From Candidatus Kuenenia stuttgartensis (lineage in GTDB: Bacteria; Planctomycetota; Brocadiia; Brocadiales; Brocadiaceae), in contig NZ_LT934425.1 in assembly GCF_900232105.1 (NCBI RefSeq), forward strand, positions 2,550,001 through 2,582,000: DNA of 32,000 bases, given 5' to 3'. The position numbers and the translations under genes are program-made. The notes under the pieces were generated by a model. That model saw only the letters and a list, made by a program, of their open reading frames with translations, made no database searches and was not told the origin of the DNA. Below, piece by piece: positions 19,455-26,752 of the stretch (positions are counted from its first letter, which is position 1; each line of letters starts with the position of its first letter).

Positions 19455-20246
19455 ATGCATTTGCCGGATTTAAAAACCGAATTAGCAGGTATCATAAAAG
19501 ACCTCAAAGCGAGACTGGCATTTGAAGAAACATTCGGGGTAGAGGTAATTTCCCTTAACGCACAAAACAATCGGGTAAGATCCACCACAACAATTACACA
19601 GAAAAATGATATGCCAAAAACTTCTGCACCCCAAACAGAATCGAACGATAAAAAACCCTTAACGACACGCCCAAAAGAAGGCAAGGCAAAATTGCTGGAA
19701 GAACTCAAAAACGAAACGCTGGTTTGTCACAAATGTCCTCTCGGCGAAACGAGGACAAATCTGGTGTTTGGCGCAGGAAACCCCATGGCCAGTCTCATGT
19801 TTGTTGGCGAGGCGCCAGGGCGTGATGAAGATCTTCAGGGAGAACCATTTGTTGGCAGGGCAGGCCAGCTCCTTACAAAAATAATAGAAGCAATCGATAT
19901 GAAACGCAGTGATGTTTATATTGCAAATATATTGAAATGCCGGCCTCCGGGTAATCGCAACCCGCTTACTGATGAAATTGCCCTGTGTATCCCCGTGCTT
20001 ACGAAACAAATTGATATAATAAAACCTAAAGTATTGTGTGCCATGGGTACTTTTGCTGCCCAGACGTTACTTAACACAAAAGAACCTATCGGTTTCCTTC
20101 GCGGTAAATTCCATGATTATAAAGGCATTCCCACCATGGCTACTTTTCACCCGGCATATCTCCTGAGAAATCCTGGCGAAAAAGCAAAGGTTTGGGAAGA
20201 TATGAAAAAGATTCGGGATCTTTTAAAAGAATTGAATAATAAGTAA
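19455..20246 (+). CDS. Family 4 uracil-DNA glycosylase with an N-terminal extension of about 85 aa
   Basis: GEAPGRDEDLQGEPFVGRAGQLL, CHKCPL and HPAYLLRNP. It starts 5 nt after the nrnA-like stop. Confidence 0.88.
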   Translation: MHLPDLKTELAGIIKDLKARLAFEETFGVEVISLNAQNNRVRSTTTITQKNDMPKTSAPQTESNDKKPLTTRPKEGKAKLLEELKNETLVCHKCPLGETRTNLVFGAGNPMASLMFVGEAPGRDEDLQGEPFVGRAGQLLTKIIEAIDMKRSDVYIANILKCRPPGNRNPLTDEIALCIPVLTKQIDIIKPKVLCAMGTFAAQTLLNTKEPIGFLRGKFHDYKGIPTMATFHPAYLLRNPGEKAKVWEDMKKIRDLLKELNNK

Positions 20247-20453
20247 GTCGATAATGAGATAAAACAAAATACCGTTTTATTGTCCCACAAAATCGTGAAA
20301 AACATCTTCCAACTCTGTAATAGTTCACCACAGAGGGCGCCGGGAACGCTGATAAAACAAATAAAATGGTGGAAATTAGCATAATTTTCTGTTTTTATCC
20401 TCTAATAAATAACCTCTGTGATCATTCGACTGAAGAAAAGAGGAAAAGAAAGA

Positions 20454-20527
20454 GTCGCACCTTGATTAGTGATTAGTATGTATGGTATTCATCATTACTG
20501 CCAGATAATCACAGATCAAGGTGTGAC
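20454..20527. repeat. Long imperfect hairpin (22-nt arms, 30-nt loop)
   Basis: The left arm is gtcgcaccttgattagtgatta (20454-20475). The reverse complement of the right arm (20506-20527) is gtcacaccttgatctgtgatta. 19 of 22 positions match, and one mismatch would be a G-U pair in RNA. Confidence 0.6.
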
Positions 20528-20548
20528 TTCATGCCTGCTTTATAAATG

Positions 20549-20589
20549 AAACAAGCCGCAGGGACATTGTTTGTCCCTGCGGCTTGTTT
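20549..20589 (-). terminator. GC-rich hairpin downstream of the coiled-coil gene, possibly bidirectional
   Basis: aaacaagccgcagggac / attgttt / gtccctgcggcttgttt is a perfect 17-bp stem, 43 nt past the stop at 20632. The flanks are only moderately T-rich. Confidence 0.55.
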
Positions 20590-20631
20590 GTGGTATTTGA
20601 TTCTTTGTCGAGGCTTTTGCGCGGTCGTCTG

Positions 20632-21033
20632 CTACCCTTGGTGTTTTTGGCTTACCAGTAATTGTATTATAGTGTCTATCCTTTGGTTAAGCTGCCCTAT
20701 ATCGTTTCTCAGACTTCCTATTTCGCCTCTCAGACTTCCGATCTCACCTCTCAGACTTTCTGTCTCGCCCTTGATCTCGCCTCTCAGACTTCCGATCTCA
20801 CCTCTCAGACTTTCTGTCTCGCCCTTGATTTCGTTTCGCAACTGCCCCATTTCACTTCTTATGCTGCTTATATCGGTATCTATCTTTTGGACAAGATACC
20901 TGAAATCATCTTCCTGTCTCTTTCGTACTTCCTCTATTTTTGCCAGTATCTCTACTGTCCGCTCGTCAACTACCTGGTATATTAACTCTAGTGTTACTTT
21001 TTTTATAGCTGATGCGAAGAATCCCTTCACCAT
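20632..21033 (-). CDS. Coiled-coil protein with heptad/hendecad repeats, unknown function
   Basis: The track ORF starts at 21114. ATG 21033 (MVKGFFASAIKK) is preferred because AGGAGGG lies 8 nt upstream. 133 aa, with the core MGQLRNE-IKGETESLRGE-IGSLRGE-IKGETESLRGE-IGSLRGE-IGSLRND-IGQLNQR. Confidence 0.65.
   Translation of the reverse strand: MVKGFFASAIKKVTLELIYQVVDERTVEILAKIEEVRKRQEDDFRYLVQKIDTDISSIRSEMGQLRNEIKGETESLRGEIGSLRGEIKGETESLRGEIGSLRGEIGSLRNDIGQLNQRIDTIIQLLVSQKHQG
20707..20835. repeat. Coding tandem repeat: 21-nt units plus a 54-nt higher-order duplication
   Basis: 21-nt units lie at 20707-20727 and 20728-20748. The 54-nt block 20728-20781 is repeated at 20782-20835 and differs only in its last nucleotides (ctcgcc versus ttcgtt). 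Confidence 0.9.
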
Positions 21034-21124
21034 AGGAATAACCCTCCTGTGAGAACAAAGTATTATGTGTTTTACAATCCTGCACATGTTAACAATCCCG
21101 AGGGAAATATACAATAATTATTCC

Positions 21125-23155
21125 CTATACGCCGTTCCGGTTCCAGCCAGACGCTCCATTAGCTCTCTGAATTGCCGCCCAAGCTCTAGCTGGTAGGCTG
21201 GAGGCCATTAGCCTCCAACCCCCACTCGTCGCCAGATACTTTGGACAACGTGACAAAGCATCCTTTTTAAACCATACGTCTTTCTCGTAGTCAGCGACCC
21301 CGAAGTGTTGCTCTATAACAGAGAAAAGTCAAACATCATGCTTTAGCACACGCCTTAAGAAATTCTCTTTCGAATGAGAGTAACCCCATTTTAAAGAATC
21401 GGTGAACAGGGAAACGCTTGTTGTCTGTTCTCCATTTTCTTGAGAACTTGAAACATCTCAGTCTCATGCGTACCCAACAGTCTAATGAGCGATATACCTT
21501 TTGTACATTGCCCAGCCGAAAATAGTTGACATGCCCACGAATTACGGGGTTTAATGTATCAACGATGGCTTGCAGATTGACGCCCTGTGTACGTCTGGTG
21601 ATGTCTCTGATGTTGTTCCTTCGGCAGGCTCAGGACAGGCTCTTGAGTTTGTTCAGTGATTTCGTGCTTATACCCTTATACTTGCCCTTGAAATCGTATC
21701 CGAGAAACCTGAAACCTCTTTTGAAGTTGGTGAGCTTGGTTTTATCCTCGCTCAGCTTCATTCCAAGTTTCCCTGCAATGATTTCTTTGACATAGCTGAG
21801 GGCGGCTGGGAGTTCATCTTTTGTTTTAGTCATGACAACGAAATCATCGGCGTATCGGACAAACTTATATCCAGCCTTTTCAAGTTCCTTGTCGATGATG
21901 TTACCGATAAGGTTTGCAAGCAAAGGGGAAATTACACCTCCTTGCGGAGTGCCTTTGTTTGTCTCATGCACGATGCCGTCCTCCATGACCCCTGCCTTGA
22001 GCATGTTCTCAATACTGTTCAAAACCCATCCATCAGCAATTTTCTCACGTAAGGAGTCCATAATAAGCTTATGGGGTATGGTGTCATAGAATGCCATTAT
22101 ATCGGCATCAAGGACGCTGGTATACCCTTCCTGCTTATACTGTTCAAGCCGTTTGATAGCATCGTGACAGCATCGTGACAGCATCTGTCAGGGCGAAATC
22201 CAAAGCTGTTATCTGAGAATCCTTTCTCAAATATTGGCTCTATGATTTGCCTGAACGCCTGCTGTACAATCCTGTCCTTAACAATGGGAATGCCAAGAGG
22301 TCTCTTGTCATGCCTGCCTTTGGGGATGTATACCCGCAGGACAGGCGCAGGGTTGTATATGGCAGTCTTGAGTTCCTGATGGATACTCATGATATTCACA
22401 TCAAGATTGGACTCAAATTGCTTAATACTTACCCTGTCAAGACCAGCTTTGCCTTTATTCTTCTTTACGTGTTTGAAAGCAGCATAAAGGTTTTTCAGAC
22501 TAAACACCTTGTCTCTTAATGAATGATACTTAAGCATCTCTCGATATATTCCTTTCGATTGATTACGGATAATAGATTTGTCAATCGTGTTTCCTGGGTA
22601 CGGATTCTCCCAAACATAGGCAAAACAAGAGAGGCTCTTGTTACTGCTTACCTACGCAAAAGAGTTTCTTTTCTCATTGAACGTATTCAATCTGCCACTT
22701 TCATCAATTCCACTACGGTTATGCCCCTTTCATTTCCGATTCACACCGGAAACTATTATGAGCAATGCTGACGACTTCAAAGATAGACTTGTGAGAGAAG
22801 CTTGTCTATCACCATCTCATACAGCTCGGACTTCGGAATTTCCTTATACCTTGCTGTTAGGGAATTTTGCCCAAGGCGTAAGTCCTCCCCCGGTCATATG
22901 GATTACCCCTTTTCCCTTCGTGATGTATGTTCAAACGCATTAACCAGAGATGGTTTTACTTAATCTGTTTATCCATCTCCAACAAAGGACATTGTCAGTG
23001 CTTCGCTGAGAAATGGCAGTTGGCACGGAATAACACGCCACACTCATACACCCCAAAAGGTCGTCTGTACCTCGTAACTCCGTCATACCCCTCACGGGTA
23101 TATGCTATCTTTCTACGCATACGGATTGCTCCATTGTGTGCGCATAGGCACAAAC
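21125..23155 (-). mobile_element. Group II intron, decayed; both ends approximate (+/- 30 nt)
   Basis: About 620 nt of structured-looking non-coding sequence lies 5' of an RT-maturase ORF, and about 210 nt lies 3' of it. This is the usual layout of domains I-III / IV (ORF) / V-VI. No canonical 5' GUGYG was seen (nearest is GUGCC starting at 23151), and I could not recognise domain V by eye. Confidence 0.75.
21336..22537 (-). pseudogene. Group II intron reverse transcriptase/maturase, inactivated (frameshift plus nonsense codon), no endonuclease domain
   Basis: RT motifs RPLGIPIVKDRIVQQA, FGFRPDRCCHDA and YADDFVVM. X-domain LNPVIRGHVNYFRLGN. An 11-nt tandem duplication (gcatcgtgaca twice, 22159-22180) splits the ORF into track ORFs 22097-22537 and 21630-22184. 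An in-frame TGA at 21630-21632 precedes the maturase domain, which stays in frame down to the TGA at 21336-21338. Confidence 0.85.
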
Positions 23156-23168
23156 TTCTCTACGAGGA

Positions 23169-23432
23169 TTAGGCTCGCAGAGGTGGTATTTTCAACCACT
23201 CAGGTATTCCATACTTCAAGGCACACATGAGCTCAGGGACAACCTCTTTTTCGAGGTTTCGGATTATATCAGAGGCGGACTTAACCGCCTCTCTTATGTC
23301 CTCGGTGTTGAAGTCTTTATGTACCTCTTTGATTTCAACATCTTGTTCGTGGGTAACAGGCAATGCCTGGCACGAAAGTGATGTTGCCGCTATTATTACC
23401 CCTATAATAGCGAATAATAACCAGTATTTTAT
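23169..23432 (-). CDS. Small secreted or lipoprotein-like protein, start codon uncertain (possibly decayed)
   Basis: The track calls TTG 23363. The frame is already open from 23480 and encodes IKYWLLFAIIGVIIAATSLSCQA, which looks like a signal peptide. GGGGAG (23444-23439) lies 6 nt before ATA 23432. No ATG, GTG or TTG is in frame between 23480 and 23363. Confidence 0.35.
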   Translation of the reverse strand: MKYWLLFAIIGVIIAATSLSCQALPVTHEQDVEIKEVHKDFNTEDIREAVKSASDIIRNLEKEVVPELMCALKYGIPEWLKIPPLRA

Positions 23433-23459
23433 TTGATACTCCCCATGTCTGAAGACAGA

Positions 23460-23688
23460 GGAATTATAGGGACACTTCCCTTATTTCCCCACCAGATCAA
23501 GCAGAAAATATGGGATGTATCTCTGATTTTCCCGTTTTGTTAGGTCCGCCAATGATAATACTTTCTAACATTACTCTTTTAGTTTTTTCAATTTTTTGTA
23601 TCTAACAAATTATTCCTTAAATTATACCGTTAAACGCAGTAATAAATTACAGATGTTGCAAGAAATATTGGAAGTGTCCCCTAATTCC
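23460..23688. repeat. MITE-like unit of about 230 bp bounded by inverted repeats of about 20 bp
   Basis: The left arm is ggaattatagggacacttcc (23460-23479). The reverse complement of the right arm (23670-23688) is ggaattaggggacacttcc. 18 positions match, with one substitution and one indel. The interior is AT-rich and non-coding. Confidence 0.4.
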
Positions 23689-23749
23689 AAAGAAGCTGTG
23701 TTTGTTTGCATTTCCATGAATTTGAGTACTCTCGTAAATATACCTTGCT

Positions 23750-23830
23750 GGTTTACAAAATGTGAAATGTAGAGCGAAGAGACTCTTCGCTCTACAACTA
23801 CAGTCTTTGAGAAATCACAATTTGTGAACC
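23750..23830. repeat. Nested palindrome: perfect 13-bp hairpin inside 16-nt outer inverted repeats
   Basis: The inner element gtagagcgaagag-a-ctcttcgctctac (23769-23795) is perfect. The outer arms are ggtttacaaaatgtga (23750-23765) and tcacaatttgtgaacc (23815-23830), matching at 14 of 16 positions. Confidence 0.7.
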
Positions 23831-23955
23831 CGTAAGGTATATCAAAAACGTTTTTGGGAGGAAGCTAAGAGGTCTTCCATTAGAATATTCTTACCCGCTT
23901 ATTTGACTCCTTTTGCATTTGTAAGTGATTATAATGCAGCGAAACAACATTCTAA

Positions 23956-25038
23956 TCAATTGTTTTCATGAAACCGATACAACTCATTGGTCAACAGATG
24001 CGGTTTTTTTAAATATTTATGTATGGCATTTTTATTATTGTACCGATAAATAATTTTTATGAGCGGTAAATAGTACTTACCAAAGGTGGTGAAATAAAGC
24101 CTGTTGAGCCAACGCAGGTATTTCTCCCAATTTATTCCGTTCCTCCGGAATGTAAGGCGGATAACGTCATTCATATCCATGTCAAAAAAGTTTTTTGGCG
24201 GTCTTGGCGGCACGCCTTCGATCGGATAATATTCCTGAAGAAAAGGAATCAGCCTGAGTTTTCTCATAAGGACAAACCGTTCATAGTCTTCACTCAGGCG
24301 TGTATCAAAACCATACATTGCAATTACCGTAACCCTGTCTTCTCCAAAACTTTTTAAAATATCTTTCCTGTCTAAAAAATGTTTGACAGCCTTAACACTA
24401 TTGCAGCTAAAGTAAAACATGGGTTTTGTAAATTTAGAGTTTCGTGAATCGATCTTATACAGAAGTTGAGCAATATGTTCATCTACATATTGTATATCAA
24501 GAGATTGGCTGAAATTAACGGCATATTTTTTGTTGATTATTTCGTAGAGTATGTCTTCAGAGCGTGGATATGTTAGCAGGTTATCGTCAAGCAGCATTAT
24601 ATTCCGTTGCCCGGAGGGAACGAAGTCTTCGAACGAAGACGTCTTTTTGATTTTCCCTTCTTTTTTTGGAACGAGACAAAACGCACACCTTTTACTGCAA
24701 CCCCTTGTTAAAAAACCAATCGCATATGCCGTATGATTGTACAATTTGTAATCGGGAAAGCAGGATTCAATTTGCGGTGGCAAACGCGTATTGAGACATA
24801 TTCCGGAACCGCCAATATCTATGTTATTGTGGTATATCTTTTTCAGAGTAGCAACTTTTTCATGTGAGGATTTGATGGAAAAGACCGTGCTGGCGTAATA
24901 TCTGTCGGCCTTACTAAATCCAATATCTCCGGATAAAGCAACGCGATACCCTTGCTTTTTATAGAAGGCGCTGATCTTCATGAGCGCAAGGTTGGGTATG
25001 GTACTGTCTATATCGTAAAGGACAATGCTGTTTTTCAA
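23956..25038 (-). CDS. Radical SAM protein with an N-terminal extra domain of about 110 aa, subfamily unknown
   Basis: 360 aa. The CX3CX2C motif GCSKRCAFC uses C114, C118 and C121. The N-terminus IVLYDIDSTIPNLALMKISAFYKKQGYRV looks like the Rossmann-type domain that precedes the core in some radical SAM enzymes (impression only). Confidence 0.75.
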   Translation of the reverse strand: MKNSIVLYDIDSTIPNLALMKISAFYKKQGYRVALSGDIGFSKADRYYASTVFSIKSSHEKVATLKKIYHNNIDIGGSGICLNTRLPPQIESCFPDYKLYNHTAYAIGFLTRGCSKRCAFCLVPKKEGKIKKTSSFEDFVPSGQRNIMLLDDNLLTYPRSEDILYEIINKKYAVNFSQSLDIQYVDEHIAQLLYKIDSRNSKFTKPMFYFSCNSVKAVKHFLDRKDILKSFGEDRVTVIAMYGFDTRLSEDYERFVLMRKLRLIPFLQEYYPIEGVPPRPPKNFFDMDMNDVIRLTFRRNGINWEKYLRWLNRLYFTTFGKYYLPLIKIIYRYNNKNAIHKYLKKPHLLTNELYRFHENN

Positions 25039-25128
25039 TCTACCTATGACCTGATTCGTTCAATTTAGCCAATACGTTTATGGTTACATCAAGCATAACA
25101 GCATTCCCTTATGCATAATAACATTGTC

Positions 25129-26181
25129 TTAGTTGTACTTCTGCCTCATTGCTGCAGAAATTTCACCCGTTAATTTCATTACCTTTTCAGCCTCTTCTAT
25201 CGTTAATGTTCCGGCGCCGCAGCTTGGCGTCACCATTGACCGCTCTTTAATCAACGTTTTCGATAATCCCTTATTGACGAGAAATTGAATCCCTTCCTCC
25301 AATCTTTTTACCAGATCATCCAATGATACGTCCGCTATCTTTGCTGACGTAGGAACAATTCCCCATGCCAGATAACCGCCTCTTTCCATAAATGCAATTA
25401 TTTCACGCCAATACATCAGGTACTTATCCATAAACTCATACGCATCAAAACTTACAATATCAACATTCGATTCCATAAGCATTGCCCAGTCGGTATTGCC
25501 GCAGCAATGAGAGCCTGTTAAGCCGCCGCGAGATTGAATACCTTCATATACCTCATTTAGAGCGCCAATGACTCTCTCCCGGCTGATATTCATAAATGAA
25601 GATCCGAAGCTGGTTAAATACGGTTCATCAACAAACATTAACACCGGAAGTTTATATCGGGCTAATTTAGTAAATTGCCAGTATGCCTTCATTGACAACA
25701 ATTTAACAATCACATCAAAGAATTCGTCGCTATAAAGCGCCAAAATGCCGGAAGCAAGTTTCAGAGAACCTGCCAAGGTAACAGGACCTACAACCTGCCC
25801 TTTTACAGCACGAAGAGACGCCGGAAGCGATTGGTCAAGACGCTCCAGCATAGCATAAAATCCCACAGAACACGCCCTGTTTATTTGAAACAAATCAGGA
25901 TCGTTTTTTAAATACGCCTCATAGAATTTTTCCAACCCGGATGCCGTATCGTTCGTGTCATCAATACTTACCGTCTTTTTTTCTGCATCTATTTTAATGC
26001 ACGGAAGCCCTTCTGTATATTGAATACACATATCTTCCCTGCGGTCATATTTGGGCAACTGGACCCAGCATGGAATTTCACGGAGCGTTTCAAACATAAG
26101 GTTGGTGGCGCATTCAATATCAACATGGGGAAGACTTCCAATTGCGGTTGCCGCAAAGTTGGCGTTAAAGGTATTTGGCAT
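25129..26181 (-). CDS. MetE C-terminal-like / UROD-fold zinc methyltransferase-like protein
   Basis: 350 aa. GSHCCGNTDW (HxC) and VTPSCGAG (compare the PDCG motif of cobalamin-independent methionine synthase) are plausible zinc ligands. The size and pattern fit short stand-alone MetE-like proteins. Confidence 0.65.
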   Translation of the reverse strand: MPNTFNANFAATAIGSLPHVDIECATNLMFETLREIPCWVQLPKYDRREDMCIQYTEGLPCIKIDAEKKTVSIDDTNDTASGLEKFYEAYLKNDPDLFQINRACSVGFYAMLERLDQSLPASLRAVKGQVVGPVTLAGSLKLASGILALYSDEFFDVIVKLLSMKAYWQFTKLARYKLPVLMFVDEPYLTSFGSSFMNISRERVIGALNEVYEGIQSRGGLTGSHCCGNTDWAMLMESNVDIVSFDAYEFMDKYLMYWREIIAFMERGGYLAWGIVPTSAKIADVSLDDLVKRLEEGIQFLVNKGLSKTLIKERSMVTPSCGAGTLTIEEAEKVMKLTGEISAAMRQKYN

Positions 26182-26256
26182 CGTTTTTAATCCCTCTTTC
26201 TACAAAATAAGGTAAAAATAGTTAGTCTAACCTGACATGGCCAGAACAGATAGGTA

Positions 26257-26301
26257 GGGTGAGCGGCATGGACAAGCAGAGTTTATCCATGCCGCCCACC
26301 C
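26257..26301. repeat. 16-bp stem hairpin in the spacer upstream of the MetE-like gene
   Basis: gggtgagcggcatgga (26257-26272) and tccatgccgcccaccc (26286-26301), 15 of 16 complementary. The left arm is preceded by gta, giving gtagggtg. Confidence 0.6.
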
Positions 26302-26375
26302 TTGCAATGAATTTTATTTAAAATGTGCAAATCCTTAGCATTCATCCATCTTTCGAAAACCTCAATTGTTGTAAC

Positions 26376-26516
26376 AATTTAGTTCTTTGAAAAAGTAGGG
26401 GCGAAGCATTTGCCCGTTTGGGTATGAATGCATTTATGACAATTTACAGCAAATGCTTCGCCCCTACGCTATGCGGCAAACATCGATATTATTAGAGTTT
26501 TTCAAAAAACTAAATT
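26376..26516. repeat. Composite palindromic element (19-bp perfect inner arms, 19-nt outer arms)
   Basis: The inner arms are gtaggggcgaagcatttgc (26395-26413) and gcaaatgcttcgcccctac (26449-26467), perfectly complementary. The outer arms are aatttagttctttgaaaaa (26376-26394) and tttttcaaaaaactaaatt (26498-26516), matching at 18 of 19 positions. A 30-nt asymmetric insert sits on the right side. Confidence 0.8.
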
Positions 26517-26752
26517 ATTACTATCTATTTGACTATAAATATTTTGCCCAAAAATGCAAAGAAATTACTTTTAAGGTACTGACTCTTAAATTCCATTAAA
26601 TTGCGGTGAGAAAACTACGCTATTGAAACCATGGGAAGAAGTATGCCAACTGTTTTTAGGGCAGGGTGTTTCTCTTTATGCCTTAATTTGTCCTTGACTT
26701 TTATTCCTAAAACGTTTAGTTTTTAAAAAAAAATTTAAAGAGGAAAAAAATA

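Noticed and set aside
20707-20835. Possible CRISPR array suggested by the regular 21-nt periodicity
   Set aside because: The units are contiguous with no unique spacers. They lie inside an ORF and encode a heptad repeat. No cas genes are present.
20546-21052. 168-aa plus-strand ORF with PISPLRL/SVSPLIS repeats
   Set aside because: It is the antisense shadow of the minus-strand heptad-repeat gene. It has no SD, and its start lies inside the terminator palindrome. The minus-strand ORF has a strong SD and a coherent coiled-coil sequence.
21125-21335. Candidate domain V helices in the intron 3' region (gagcaacacttcggggtcgctgac; gagcgtctggctggaaccggaacggcgtat)
   Set aside because: Neither folds into the canonical 34-nt helix with an AGC triad, a 2-nt bulge and a GNRA loop when paired by hand. 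The 3' boundary is therefore left approximate.
21336-22537. Reverse transcriptase as part of a retron, DGR or Abi/defence RT system
   Set aside because: The protein has the group II maturase X-domain block (LNPVIRGHVNYFR) and long structured flanks. I saw no template/variable repeat pair and no msr/msd-like inverted repeats. The ORF is inactivated.
22523-23172. Three small plus-strand ORFs (81-101 aa)
   Set aside because: They are antisense to the 5' structured part of the group II intron, have no SD and no recognisable motifs.
26658-26673. 16-nt exact match agggcagggtgtttct shared with the transposase remnant at 6450-6465
   Set aside because: It could be another crumb of the same IS upstream of rnfE. 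However, flanking similarity is poor, and a single 16-mer coincidence within a 32-kb window on two strands is not negligibly unlikely.
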